From Eledone cirrhosa (lineage: Eukaryota): DNA of 64,000 nt. Where the stretch lies: NCBI GenBank assembly GCA_964016885.1, contig OZ024741.1, positions 171,554,001 to 171,618,000 of the forward strand. The letters are read 5' to 3'. Numbering within the stretch: position 1 is the first letter of the stretch; the number at the start of each line of letters is the position of its first letter. This document shows positions 37,782 to 51,904 of this stretch, piece after piece. Position numbers and translations under genes: made by a program. The notes under the pieces were generated by a model that searched no databases, had not been told where the DNA came from, and saw nothing but the letters and a program-made list of their open reading frames with translations.

Positions 37782-38567
37782 TGGTAGACCAAGGAATAAC
37801 TGAGTGAAGGTGGTGAGAGCTGATATGAAATTGCTGAAACTCACAGGGATGATAAAGGAACATGACAAGTAAAGAGATGCTGTGCTGAAAAGGACCTATC
37901 TGACCCATGCGAGCATGGAAAAACAGACGTAAAATTGAGAAAGATGATGATGATAATAATCACTGTATACATATATGTACACACACATACACACAGACGC
38001 ATTTATGCATGTATATACATGAGAGAAGAGGTACATGCATGGTGTATTTATTTACATGTATGTATGTATGTGTTTATGCCAAGTTGTCTTTGAGATGATA
38101 ATAATATAATTTATACAATGACAATAAGATTATGTCTTGTCAATGTTTAAGTGTAAGATTATGGTTTGCTTCCTCTTGAATAAATTTCCTGTAATTGAGA
38201 CTGTCGCTACCGGAATAATGAAACACACTTCCAAGATAACAACTATGAATTTGTAGAATTACATACATACACATACATACATACATACATACATACATAC
38301 ATACATACATACATACATACATACATACATACACACACACACACTCACACACATGTGCACATACATACACACACACACACACACACATACACGCACATGC
38401 ACACACATACACACACATATGTATGTATGTGAAACGTAAATGGAAAACAACAGAGCAAACAATACAGTACAATCAAGATACAAATTAGTTTAACACTTAA
38501 TATAGTATGCATGTGTGTATATATATACTGTATGTATGTGTATATATATATATATATTGTCTGTATT

Positions 38568-39190
38568 ATCATCATCCTTTAACATCAGTTTTCCATGCTT
38601 ACATGAGGTAGATGCATGTTTTCCAGCACAGTATCCATCCATTGTTACGTATACCTATTATCTCCTTCAGGGAGGTTCAGTGTTTTGTGATCCATTCTTA
38701 CCACTTCTGACCAGGTCTTCGTTAGTCATGCACTACAGCCACTTCTTCCCACTGAGATGCCTTATCCTTTCTTCACCTCATGATCACATCCATTTGCATC
38801 ATATGTCCATACCAATGCAGACATCCCTCTTACATATTACATCTGATTCTGCTGATCACACATCATTTGAAGCATGCTCCCTTCATTTCTCTACTGCCTT
38901 TGCATCTCCCTTGTCTTTAGTGCCCATGTTTAACTTCTATGCAATGTCACACTTTTCATGCAGGCATCATACAACAGATCTTTTGTTCACAAAGAGAAAC
39001 CTTTTGTTAACAGTTGTAGTCACAATCTCTGAAATTTTTCCATTCTGCTCTTATTTTAGTTAGTATGCTGTTAGGGCAAATTCCTTTACTGCTAGCTAAG
39101 TCACCTAAGCAATAGAATTGATCAACTACTTCTAGAGACCCTACTCCAGAGTAGAAAAATGTTATTTCACAGCAGCATTTGAATTCAGAA
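38568..39190 (-). mobile_element. Decayed RTE 3' fragment
   Basis: LEVVDQFYCLGD, KIRAEWKNFR, tail near 38568. Confidence 0.7.
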
Positions 39191-39989
39191 TTCAAAGAGC
39201 TGGAACAAATATTTGCAAGGCACTCTATCCAACAATCTAATGACCTGGTTTGTCCATCATCACCTGGGTACAACGGAAAGTTGAACTCTTACAGAAGCAA
39301 CCAGATTAAATCTAATGCATTAAACATGATTCTACACATCATAAAAAATGAATAAATAATAAATAGATAAATAAATAGATAAATAGATAAAGTCAAAATA
39401 GGAGCATTTTAATTTATAACTTTATCTAGGAAACTTAGAAGAACGAATCAGAAATTTAAACTGAAACTTTTGCATGTATTTCATCACTGATACTTCAATG
39501 ATATAAACAGGCAGGAAGGCTGCAGATTTAGTTGAAAGAAGGAATTACTATAATAGTTCTTTATTTATATTTATCCTCAGGTCATGTATAACACAAAAGT
39601 CATACTGATATATTTAAAAGAAATCTGTTATTGTTTATCCTTTATCCTAAACTCAATTCTCAGAATACATGAGGATGTTTTCTTTTTACTCTAAGCAACG
39701 AAATAATATTACATTTGATGTTGAACATCCTGTTGATGAAATCATTAAAAATATTTATGCCTTTATATATTTATTATATACTGTACATCATATTAAGAGA
39801 TTGCAGATTTTTTTCACTGTTAGTGTTTCAACAATGTGTAATCCAGATGTTCAATCTACTTGTCCACCTACACATAGAATTAGATTATAAGTGACTGAGT
39901 ATTCCACAGACATGTGTGCCTTTCACATCATCCTCACAAAGAATCAATGTGACACATCAGAGTATGCTCACCTCATTTATTTCCATTCT

Positions 39990-42480
39990 TCACAGACACT
40001 CTGTTTCAAGTCCCATAGTCTCACTTCCATGCAGCCCTATGGTTCACACATAAGTATCATGTAAAATGCCTTTTTCTTTGAGATAGAAATCCTTTGTAGC
40101 CAGCAGAGGTAGCAAGATTCTAAACATTTTACATCCAATTTTCACTCTCTAGCTGCTGCCTTTGCAGAACATCTACACCCATGGCTATTTAAGTCACCTA
40201 TGTATCAGAAGCTGTCAACCATTTCTAGTAAGCCATCTGAGCTCATGCCACTTACTACTCCTGTGTATCTGCCACATAAAATGTCTACACTCTTTGTTAG
40301 CCTGCCCCAGATCTTGCTACATTTCTCATATACACATTATTTACAGTTTGTACACTATAGAATTTCTACCAACTTCTTTTTTGTATATTTAGCATGGACA
40401 TTTCCCTTGAAGAACCAGGGTCCTGTGATCTTTCTTAATCACTAGAACTTTAGCTTTTGCTAAGCTAACGTTGAGGTGCTTTTGATTCTAGATTTTGTTT
40501 CTGTCTGGAATTTCTTCTCCACTTCCTTTGCAGATTCAATTATGAGAACTGGGTTGACTATATATAGTTCTTACCAGTAGCCAGGCTTAAACTCCTCTGT
40601 TATGAACTGGAAAACTATAATAAACAGAAGGGGCTGAGGACAGAGTCCCAGTGGACCCTCACCTGTATGATAAACTTATCACTATACTCATTGTTAATTT
40701 TAACCATGCTGATAGCATCTTTATACATGGTTTATACAGATTTCACAGTCACTCATCACCCCTATTTTTCTAAGAACCTACCGAATTATAGTGTAAGGTG
40801 ACCTGTTAAAAGCATTCTCCTGGAAAAAATACTAAGTACATAGGCTTAATCTTAGTTAGGTACTTCTGAATTTGTCTTACATGGGAGAGGGCTAATTGGT
40901 GATACCTTTTCCTGACACAAAACCAAACTACATTTTATTTAGATTAACTCTAATCCTTTCAGTAACTTTCATAATTTGATTTATCAATTTGAAGAACTTA
41001 GAGTTTTCTCTGTCTTGTGCATCTCTTTTGCCCTTGTAAAAGTTGACAATACTGCTGATATGCCAGTCACTGGGTATGATATCATTCAGTATTATCTATT
41101 TCACTTTAATCATCTCAACAACTCTCCCTGATAGTCCAGCTGCATTGTCTGCTTTCATATTGTTGACTGACTTATCTACCATAATTAGGATGGCTGATCC
41201 CTCTGTTGAGTCTACTTTGAGTAAGGATTCGTTTTCCCATGTATTTTCCTCATTCAATAGTCTCTTATAATGACACTTCCATGTTCTTTCATTTCCACAC
41301 TGATGAGCACATGTGTGCCACTGTTTTTTCGGACACACTTCTTCACAATTTTTATTTTCCACAAACTTGTGATCTGGAACATTTTATGTTCATGGTCCCT
41401 ATGGCATAGCACATTCACAAATTTCTTAGTTTCTAATTCCCTCCTTGCAACACGTATCTGATACCTAGCTTATCCTAGTTTCTTGGTATTGTTTTCTGCT
41501 TCCCCTATCCTGCCAATATTTTGATGCCAGCCTCATATCTCTAATTGCCTCATCTTTCCTTCTATTCTGCGACCTTGTTACTCTTTGTCTAAATGGGGCT
41601 GTGGTCCAGCTACTAGTTTTGTCTGGCCTTCAACAGGTTACCTCAGTAACACCCACTGTTCTATGTTACTCTAACAGCATCAAACAGAGCATCCTTAGAT
41701 TTGACATTGGCTGACTATTTCTTCAGCTTCTACATTATTCTCCTCTGAGTGTATTTATCTCCAGATTTGTCTAACTTTAACTCTAAAGTCACTAACTACT
41801 AGGCTGTGTTCAGAGGTGCACTCATCACTGGGAAGGAACTTTCAAACTGTAACCATCAGTCTATCTTGTTTTCTGGTGACAATAAAATCAATCTGGCTTA
41901 TGTGTTTCCATAGCTTTTAGATAACCTGGCTGGGTTAGTGGTACAGATAGTTAGTGGTACAGATAGTCATATCCTTAACATTACTGAACTCCTCTAGCCT
42001 TAATCCTTTCTTATTTCTTATACCAAGCCCAAAGCTTCTGTGAATATAACTGAAGTTGTCACAGTGTTGCTCAACATACACATTAAAAACTCCAGCCATG
42101 ATTATGAAACCAGCATCACTCATTAAAGGGGTAGATTGCATAAGGAATTCATAAAAGTGGACTTTTAGTTCAACTGCCAGTCCCGATTGTGGTGCATATG
42201 CAGAGATAATTGTCACTGTTATTTTATCTAGGACTAACCTATGCTTAATACCTCTATCACTCACTCTATATACCTCAGTTACCTTACTTGTTCATTTTTC
42301 TGTTAACAAAATACCTATTTTATTCAACCTCCAATTGTTAACTATCTGGATAAACATGCAGCACTGTCATACCTATGAAAGATCTAGCTGAGATTCTTCT
42401 CCATCTAGTCTCTTGTACATAGCATACATCTACTTGCTTTTGCTCTAGTATCTCCCCAATTTCAATTAACTAAACTTTAT
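39990..42480 (-). pseudogene. Old near-full-length RTE (APE endonuclease + RT), heavily decayed
   Basis: TIISAYAPQSG and IIMAG.FN (endonuclease), WKCHYKRLLNEEN, decayed RT and PHD remnants. Confidence 0.85.
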
Positions 42481-42762
42481 AAATTAACTATATACAAATT
42501 TGAGCAACTTCCATTCATCCATCTGACCATCTGTCACACACTAGAAATGACTGAGGAAGGAAGGGGTGATGACGACACACATTAGAGACGATTGAAGAAG
42601 GAAGGGGTGATGATGTCACACACTGGTGATGACTGAGGAAGGAAGGGTGAGGACCAACTTCAGAAAGCAACGTCTAACATTCACAACACTTGTGTGCACA
42701 AACTACATACACACATGCACACACATATACACATACACATCAGCATGTTGAAAACAATTCTA

Positions 42763-42792
<30 letters not shown>

Positions 42793-42797
<5 letters not shown>

Positions 42798-42982
42798 AAC
42801 GAGTAGGACCCCGACGGCTGAGCTAAAGCCGTTTCGACGGCTAGTCCAGAACTAGCCGTCGAAACGGCTTGAGGTCAGCCGTCGGGGTCCTACTCGTTCC
42901 TATTACCCACTCTACTACCCTAAGTATTGAGTACTTTGGTGCGTTATGATCCACCTGGTTCCTTAACACATTTCCTTCATTA
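42793..42982 (+). mobile_element. Penelope-like fold-back element, family 2
   Basis: Arms 42793-42845 / 42851-42903 including cgtCGAAACgg; 3' segment shared with 4728-4805; in (TA)n. Confidence 0.6.
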
Positions 42983-44604
42983 TATATATATATATATATA
43001 TATTTGTGTTCTAAAACGTTGACCAATTAGTAGTTAGGGTTGTGTTTGTGTCACTCCAAGCAGTAAGCAAGTGTGAAATTAGGACCAAGCACACTACATT
43101 GTATATATCATTCCAATTCTGATTTCATAACTTCTTGGTAGCTGTTTGCATCATCATAGTAACCATATGGATCCTCCTCAACCCTCTCTTCACCCCCTCG
43201 AAATCCACCACACTTGTCATACACCCATTTACTCCCCTACATCACCCACATGATCTTCCTTACAATTATCATACTTGTCATCACCTCTTCCACCCGTTCT
43301 TACATACCTATGACATACTTATAATCCTTCCTACTATCCTAACATCCTTTTTTTCCCTACACCATCCTATACCCCCCTCCCGTGGAGTAGAATGGGCTCT
43401 TCTGTCAAGTCAATGACCAACACCATAGTGTTGGTGCCATGATAAAATGCACACAGTACTCTCTGTAGTGGTTAAAGTTGGCAAGGGCTTCCATCCATAG
43501 AAATCATGCTCAAAAGAACTGAGAGTACCCATCAGTCATGACATAACAACGTCACTAGGAGGGAAAACAAACATTAAATGATAGTAATATAGACACTTGA
43601 AACAAACAAAATTAAAGTGCAATTAACACATAATGTGGAAGTTGAGTATATCTGTATTAACCCTCTCATTAACATAATTCTAATAAAATACACTGTATTT
43701 GAATTTATTACTGAAGAATTTGGAGGGAATTACTTGAATTTTTTCAATTATTAAGATGGTATTTTTAACATAAGAAACATTTCTTAAACAAAAGTATGTT
43801 GAAATATATAATTTAAATCAGAACCATATAAAATGGGTGGCTTCATTCCATAGAAGCAGAGGAAGTATGGAGCAGATTGCTATCAAGTGTTAAGTTTGGT
43901 TTATTTCTATATTACCAGCAGTTTCAAGACATAAACATGTTTATCTCTTCAATGAGACAGATGTGTTTCCATTTTGAAAATGCAGAAAAGAGGGATTATA
44001 TATATATATATATACATCATCATCATCGTTTAACATCCATCTTCCATGCTAGCATGGGTTGGACAGGTTTTTCCCACTTAAGGCAAGATTGGTTGGGTGA
44101 CCGTGTCTTGCTCATACAGAACTGTTTCTGGCAAGTTTTCTACGGTTGGATGCCCTTCCTAACACCAACCACATTTACAGTGTGAACTGGGAGCCTTTTT
44201 ACCAAGTCGCCTACACAACTTCTTTACAGGGTATGTGTTACTTTATCCCCGACACTTTAGTATGCAGAGTAGAGCACTAAACGAAGTACACAAGTGGGTC
44301 AGTTTATTTAGGAGTATATTTATAAGCATGAAGTACAGGTTATAATTCACTTTGTTTATTCATATTTGCTATTATATATATTTCAGTGATAACCGTTTTA
44401 TACAACAGAGGTCATAACTGTTGCATAACAATTATCACCGAAATACATATAACAGTGATTAGGAATAAACGAAGTGGATTATAACCTGTTGACTTGTACT
44501 TCATGTTTATTGTACACCAGAATGTGGGTGACAAGATAATGATGGAGCTGTCTGGTCGTCTTATGTAATTGTTTTTCTGTGCGTATTTTCTGCTGATATA
44601 CATA

Positions 44605-45088
44605 TCTATATATATAAAACTGAGGATGTCTGTGTGTGTGTGTGTGTGTGTTTGTCTGTGAGTTTGAATCCCTAAAACTTTTTTTCAAACTTTACATGTG
44701 TATTACTTATGTTTGAGGGAGTGTTATGCACATAAAAAATTCAACTTTTTGATCCCCTAGGGCCCGCATTAGGTGAAAAACTTCATTTTTTCAGCTTTTG
44801 GGGGCTTTTTTAAGGTGTTACGCCTAGCCAATTTTCCGAAAATTTCAAGGCATATTATGCACATAAAAAAAAATTATTTTCTTGATCCCCTAGGGCCCAC
44901 ATGAGGTGAAAACCTGCATTTTTCCTGCTTCATCGAGGAAAATCTTAAAGATTATTCAGCCATCAGAGTATTTGGTTTATTTTCTTTACATATTGTCCAG
45001 ACATTGCAGTTTTTCCACGATTAGGTCTGTTGGCGGCCCGTGTTCCAAAATACCTTATCCCGTGCAACGCCGGGTACCACTGTTAGTA
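44605..45088 (-). mobile_element. Helentron/DINE-1-like non-autonomous element
   Basis: Minus strand starts actaacagtggtacccggcgttgcacgg and ends (ca)n..cagttttatatatataga; internal subrepeats. Confidence 0.6.
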
Positions 45089-45549
45089 TATATATAAACG
45101 TGTGTATGAATATATTTATATATATATGTGTGTAAATAAAGTACAGCTTCTATTTCAAACGTTATATTTAAGATATAACTGTGTTCAAGTTTAATCTTTT
45201 GTACTAAAGGATTTTCATATTTTTTTAATGTTTACTATGTTATGTGTATCCAGCTTAGCAAAGGTATACTCTGTCCTCCCAACTAGTAAAATGCTCCAGC
45301 TGTAAAACATTGCTTCTAAAAGGGACTCATGAGGGGGTATAAAGCTTGACATAGGGCTCACAATGTTACTAGCGTTAAAGCACTTGTTGTAGTTATAATC
45401 CTTTATGTTCAGTTGAGGATAATAGCATTTCTTAATCCATAATTCTATTAATGTTTCAATATACTCTTGAATTCGTCATCAACACAAGATGTAAAAAAAA
45501 ACTATTCAACAAAACATATCTACACACACACGCATATATATATATATAC

Positions 45550-45589
<40 letters not shown>

Positions 45590-45593
45590 GGCT

Positions 45594-45938
45594 TAGGCAC
45601 ATGGCTTAGTGGTTAGAGCATTGGCCTGGCAATCGAAAAGATGCGAGTTCAATTCTCAGACTGGGTGATGTGTTGTTTCCTTGAGCAAGACACTTCATTT
45701 CACATTGCTCCAGTTTACTCAGCTGTAGAAATGTGATGATAGGGACTGGGTCCATATCATTCCACTGCAAAGTGGTCGTAGAGGTGCCACGGCAAAAAAG
45801 CACCCAGCACTCACTGTAAATGAGGTTGGTGTTAGGAAGGGCATCCAGCTGTAAAAATCAAGCCAGAATCAGTTCCCGTCCCACCCTTGCAAGCAGGGAA
45901 AAAAGTGGACTTAAAACGAAATGATGATGATGAAATGA
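45594..45938 (+). mobile_element. CORE-type SINE S2a, full length
   Basis: tggcttagtggttag A-box, gagttcaattc B-box, ccttgagcaagacact CORE-like segment, RTE-UTR tail. Confidence 0.85.
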
Positions 45939-47339
45939 TATATATATATATATATATATATACATGCATATATACATATATATATATATATGTATACATA
46001 CATATATATAAATGTATGTATGTATATGTATATGTATGTATATATATATATATATATATACAAACGTATAAATGTAGAAGCACGTACAAACATGCATATA
46101 TGCAGATATACAAACTCATCTTCAAAGGTAGAATCAATTGTATGCATGGTAAGGAAAGCAAACAAAAATAAAACATTAAACCCCACTAAACAAGCTATTT
46201 TTAAAGTGTGCACCATAATACCAGTGCATAAACATTAAGTGAAGATTAGTAGTTGCACATTATATTGCATTGATAATGGATATATACCTGCAAATTGTGC
46301 AACTAAGAAGACAAGTGCAACAGAGTTACTGTAACCTGAGACATCCACATATATTCATTGTTGTGCATCAAAGCATCCTTTTTGCATACTGTTCTTAGTG
46401 AACTGAGTAAGTATGCTGCAATACCTTGTGGTTGGTGTATGGTTGGTGAGGTTTTCAGGGTAGGAAATATGAGAATGGTATATGTGTGTGTGTGTGTGTG
46501 TGTGTATTTATATACACGCTTGGGTGTATTTGTGTGTATGAAGTATGTGTATGCATAGGTGAGGAATTGGCCAATTCAAGTGTTTTATTAGGGTTTAACT
46601 AGGGGGTGGAAGGGAGAAAAGGGATTAGAATGATCTTGTATGTGATGGGGTATATAGTGATGGTGAGAGTAGTTACTAAGGAGCCATAGATGGGGCAGGT
46701 CGCATTCAAAATTTTTACTCTGATAGGTGAGTTTTTCCTGTACCATATGTTACCAATTATTTCAGACCATTGTCATCGTTTTTCAGAAATTCTGCTTCCT
46801 TAGACCAGCTCTCCCTAGGTCTCATTCAGGTCCCATCCAGTTCCAAATGTAAACACAATGAGATGAAGCAGGATTTCAGGCAGGCTGGTAAAAATGTAGG
46901 CCTTGTATGTGGTCAATGCACAGGAGCAGTAAGCAGCAAGAACTCACTTGAAACAAGCTTAGAGGATTTCCTGGAATAGTTGGTTAATTCTGTTTCCTGT
47001 GTGACCAAATATTAGGGGAGGTGGGTGTTTTGAAAGTACAGTATCCTGTAAGGTGCTTATGCTGATGCCATGGCAAAAAGCACCCAGTCCACGCAGTAAG
47101 AAGCTGATGCTGGTGGCATGACAAAAGAAACACCCAATTCACCCTATAAGGTAATAGTGGTGGTGCCATGAAAAAAACTCTGAATACATGCTTTAATGTG
47201 CTTTGCATTAATAAGGACATTCAACCATAGAAAATTAAGCAAAAATCACATTGTATGAGCAAGCTATAGTCACTAGACTTGTCTACTCATAGCAAGATAT
47301 TCTTTTTAACCTATATAAGATGTTAAATGATAATTATGA

Positions 47340-47655
47340 AGACCCGACTTCCCACGGGTACAAGCCGAAGCTGAAGCATATAGACAATATATGCCCCCCA
47401 CCCCTCCCACTGCTAAGTGGTTGTGGAGGTGCCACGGCAAAACAGCACCCAGCCCACACTGTAAAGTGGTCTTGTAGGTGCCATGGAAAAAAAGCACCCA
47501 CCACTCACTGTAAATGAGGTTGGTGTTAAGAAGTGCATCCAGCTGTAGAAATCAAGCCCATCTGAGCAAAATGGGTCAGCCAACCAGGACAACCCATCTA
47601 ACCCATACTAGCATGGAAGAATGGACATAAAACGGTGATAAGGATGATGTTGATG
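47340..47655 (+). mobile_element. RTE subfamily 2 3' end
   Basis: Matches 50748-51074. Confidence 0.8.
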
Positions 47656-49266
47656 ATTTATCAATTTAATGGACTTGTAGGGTTGCCATTGTGAGATTTA
47701 AACCTGGTGAGATTTATCACTCTCTAAGTCTGAACACACCTGATTTCTTCCAAATAGAGAGAGAGAGAGAGAGAGAGAGTCTGTGTGTGCAGGTTTTATG
47801 TTACTCATACCAGCACATTGGCTTAATTAACAATGTTCTGAAAGATACACAGTGGTTAGCTCTATCTAGATGTAAGAAATATACAGGCAAAGAGATAAAT
47901 AATACAATACATTAAAAATAAAAGTAACATGGTGAATATAACATATTATATAAAACAATACCGGCAATAAAATAACAAGGCAAGCAGTAATAAAAGAAAC
48001 AAAATACAATAAAGAAAGAAGTCATTACCTTCCTCCACAAATAACTACTAAAGTTTGTTCAATGTATAGACAATGTAGTTAAGAGATTGGATGGAACTGT
48101 TTTATTGTTACCACAAGAGAACTTATTTAACCTTCAATAACCATAAGACATGTCTATTTAACAGAACAGCAGATATTTTGGTAATCAAATCAATGTAAAT
48201 ATTGTATACTTTCAAAGATTAAACTACTTCAGTAGCATAAAACAGAAGAATCTGAGCAAAAAAGTGATGTTCTGTATCGACAAATAGTAATAGAAAAAAA
48301 ATTCCTAAAGAAAAGTACTCAGAGACGCCTGAGGAATGAAACATGATAGTAAGGTTGGCATTAGCATACTTGATGTAGCCAGTCAAGAAATTTTAATTAA
48401 TTAAAATTAACACCTTTATGATGAAAACAATTATCATCTGAATATTATAAAAAAATGAAATTTTAATTAACTCAAATTAATTGAATATTGAATACAATGA
48501 GGAATATATCTGATGTTTAGCTGTATAGTAACAACTCCAGATAGACTTTCATCTTATTAGATCCCCTCTATTACTGCAAATCTTAAAATAACTAGAAAAG
48601 TGTATTGGAATTTTGCATATAAACATAGAATGGCACCATCACTAAAATATTTATTGGTAAAAAAAATATCTAGGAACTTCTACTGTATAACTTCAGTTGG
48701 AGTAAGCATATCTAATGAGGCAACACATGAAATATTATTTGATTAAAATGACACCTATAGCAATGGAAAGAATCACTTTCTAAAGAATTAAATTTAACCA
48801 GGAAAGAAAAAGAATCAACCTTGACATTTTAATTAAACAAAATTATTCAAATGTAGAATTAATGCATACCATACCCCAAGGAAGAAGAGAATCTTATCAT
48901 CAGGCAGAACCATTTGTCAGAGGAGGAGAGTATATTCCACAGTATAAACTGCATACAAAAAAATAGTTATAGTAATATGCATATATTTATGCATATTATT
49001 TTACCTGCACTTGAATTTATGCTGCAGGCATGTAACCATTATCAATGAAATGTAATGTGCAACTAGTCTTCACTTAATATTAATGCATTGGCATTATGGT
49101 GCACAGTTGAAAACATATTCGGTAGGGTTAGGATATTTTAAAATGTTTTTGGTTCAATATATCTTCTTGTTACCTCACTAAAAGATGTGTATATTTGAAG
49201 ATATTATTGTACACACACACACACACACACACACATATACTCTCAGATAAATATACACATATGGGC

Positions 49267-51074
49267 CATACCAAAAGATTGGTGCAGTAGCATCATTGTC
49301 AACTGCTACAAAGGTAAAGGCGATGCACTAGATAGAGGAAACTATAGAGGTATAAAGTTGATGGACCAGGTCATGAAAGTAACAGAAAGAGTTATAGCAC
49401 AGCTGATTAGGGACCGGGTGAATATAGACGAGATGCAATTTGGGTTTGTTCCAGGGAAAGGCACCACTGATGCGCTCTTCCTTGTGAGGCAATTACAGGA
49501 AAAGTACCTAGCTAAAAGTAAGCCACTCTACTTGGCATTTGTCGACCTTGAGAAAGCCTTTGACAGAGTTCCACGTGCAGTAATCTGGTGGGCTCTTAGA
49601 AAACTAGGAGTAGATGAATGGCTTGTGAAAGCGGTACAAGCCATGTATAGGGGAGCAGTCAGCAAAGTTAGGATTGGCAATGAGTATAGCGAGGAATTTA
49701 GCGTACAGGTTGGGGTCCACCAGGGCTCTGTTCTTAGCCCTCTCCTGTTCATCATAGTCCTGCAGGCAATAACGGAGGAGTTTAAGACCGGATGCCCATG
49801 GGAACTCCTGTATGCTGATGACCTCGCACTCATAGCTGAATCTATGGTAGAACTAGAGAATAAATTCCAAACCTGGAAGCAGGGACTAGAGAGAAAGGGC
49901 CTCAAAGTCAACATGACAAAGACTAAGGTCCTTATAAGTAGACGAGAAAACAGAACCCAGATCCCCTCAGGGAAATGGCCTTGCTCAGTATGTAGGAAAG
50001 GTGTAGGTAGGAACTCCATTCTTTGCCCCAAATGCAAACAATGGGTACACAAGAGATGTAGCGGGATCTCAGGAAGCTTAACTAAGAATGTAGGATTCAC
50101 ATGCAGCAGCTGTGCTGAACCAGCAAGCAAACAGCCACAGGAAACAAGTACCACCAATCTCTGGGAGGGCCCTGTAGAAACAGTAGACAGCTTCTGCTAC
50201 CTAGGTGACCGAATTAGCAACGGAGGTGGGTGCTCAGAAAGTACAATAACTAGGGTAAGAACGGGATGGAAGAAGTTTAGGGAACTACTACCACTGCTAG
50301 CTGCAAAAGGCTTCTCCCTCAGAATGAAAGGCAGACTGTATGATGCGTGTATCCGAACAGCGATGTTGCATGGTAGTGAGACCTGGGCGCTGAAGGTGGA
50401 AGACTTACGTAGATTAGAGAGAAACGAAGCCTGCATGCTCCGATGGATGTGTAACAGTAATATACGTGAACGACAAAGCATAAATGAATTGAGAGAGAGA
50501 CTGAGCATAAGAGGAATCAAATGCTGCGTGCAGGAGAGGCGGTTACGCTGGTATGGACATGTGATGCGTATGAAGGATGACAGCTGCATAAAAAGGTGCA
50601 GAGCACTAGAAGTTGATGGAAACCGCGGAGTGGGGAGACCCAAGATGACTTGGGATGAGGTGATAAAAGCCGACCTTACCCAACTACACCTCTCAAAGTC
50701 AATGACACACGACCGTGACTTCTGGCGTCACGCAGTAATACAGGGTACCCGACCTCCCATGGGTACATGCTGAAGCATATAAACAATATGCCCCCCCCCC
50801 CCCCGCAAGGTGGTCGTGGAGGTGCCACGGCAAAAAAGCACCCAGCCCACACTGTAAAGTGGACGTGTAGGCGCCACGAAAAAGCACCCAGCACTCACTG
50901 TAAATGAGGTTGGTGTTAGGAAGGGCATCCAGCTGTAGAAATCAAGCCAGATCAGCTCCTGTATGAGCAAGGCATGGTCAGCCGACCAGACACTGCCCAC
51001 AACAGGACAACCCGTCTAACCCATGCTAGCGTGGAAGAACGGACGTAAAACGGTGATGATGATGATGATGATGA
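49267..51074 (+). mobile_element. RTE-clade LINE, 5'-truncated, young (copy C, subfamily 2)
   Basis: Uninterrupted frame from IPKDW to the stop at 50773; UTR; (GAT)n tail. Confidence 0.95.
49358..50773 (+). CDS. RTE reverse transcriptase with PHD finger (5'-truncated open frame, no endonuclease)
   Basis: 471-aa ORF with QFGF, DLEKAFDRV, GVHQGSVLSPLLF, YADD; C4HC3 finger at 49982-50113. Confidence 0.9.
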   Translation: MMDQVMKVTERVIAQLIRDRVNIDEMQFGFVPGKGTTDALFLVRQLQEKYLAKSKPLYLAFVDLEKAFDRVPRAVIWWALRKLGVDEWLVKAVQAMYRGAVSKVRIGNEYSEEFSVQVGVHQGSVLSPLLFIIVLQAITEEFKTGCPWELLYADDLALIAESMVELENKFQTWKQGLERKGLKVNMTKTKVLISRRENRTQIPSGKWPCSVCRKGVGRNSILCPKCKQWVHKRCSGISGSLTKNVGFTCSSCAEPASKQPQETSTTNLWEGPVETVDSFCYLGDRISNGGGCSESTITRVRTGWKKFRELLPLLAAKGFSLRMKGRLYDACIRTAMLHGSETWALKVEDLRRLERNEACMLRWMCNSNIRERQSINELRERLSIRGIKCCVQERRLRWYGHVMRMKDDSCIKRCRALEVDGNRGVGRPKMTWDEVIKADLTQLHLSKSMTHDRDFWRHAVIQGTRPPMGTC

Positions 51075-51115
51075 TATTCATCTATATATGCATAGGTACA
51101 TATATAATGTATGTG

Positions 51116-51179
<64 letters not shown>

Positions 51180-51256
51180 GCACCCTTGAAGAAGTTTGCT
51201 GAACACACAAGCCGAATCCACTTGGTGCCATGGTTGGGATATCACACACATACGCG

Positions 51257-51287
<31 letters not shown>

Positions 51288-51464
51288 ACATATGTATCTA
51301 AGCAGAGTGAGATGTACAAGAGCAAAGTTCTGAACGATGTGCTAATGGAAGAGGGATGTCACTGAAAATGAAGAGAAATGTGAAGCATTTTGTGGATGCA
51401 TGGAGTATCATGGGGGAGAGGAAGACGAATGATATATAAGAGGGTATGATGGGAATACAACAAA

Positions 51465-51645
51465 TAATTGTTTCTACTTTAGGCACAAGGCCAGCAATTA
51501 CCCAATGCATTACTGGTACTTTATTTTATCGACCCCGTAAGGATGAAAGGCAAAGTCAACCTCGGCGGGATTTGAACTTAGATCGTAAACGGACATAACT
51601 ATGCTGGAAAGCATGGCGTCCGACCCTCTACCGATACTGCCAATC
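51465..51645 (-). mobile_element. S1 SINE
   Basis: Reverse copy of S1. Confidence 0.85.
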
Positions 51646-51904
51646 CACCGGGAATACAACAAATAATGAATACTGTGAAGAGATGTGGAATGAGATGTTT
51701 GGGTCATGTGTTGAGGAAGGATGAAAGTGACTGGGAAAGAAAAGTAATGGAAATGAAAACCACGGTGTTGGTATGTGGGGGAGATGCAGACAAATGTGTA
51801 AAATGGAAAAGCTTGCCATAAGGGGCCAAACAGCAACCTCCTGAAGGGAAAATCGCCTTAAAATGCTTATTAATATACATGCATAAATATATATATATAT
51901 GTAT

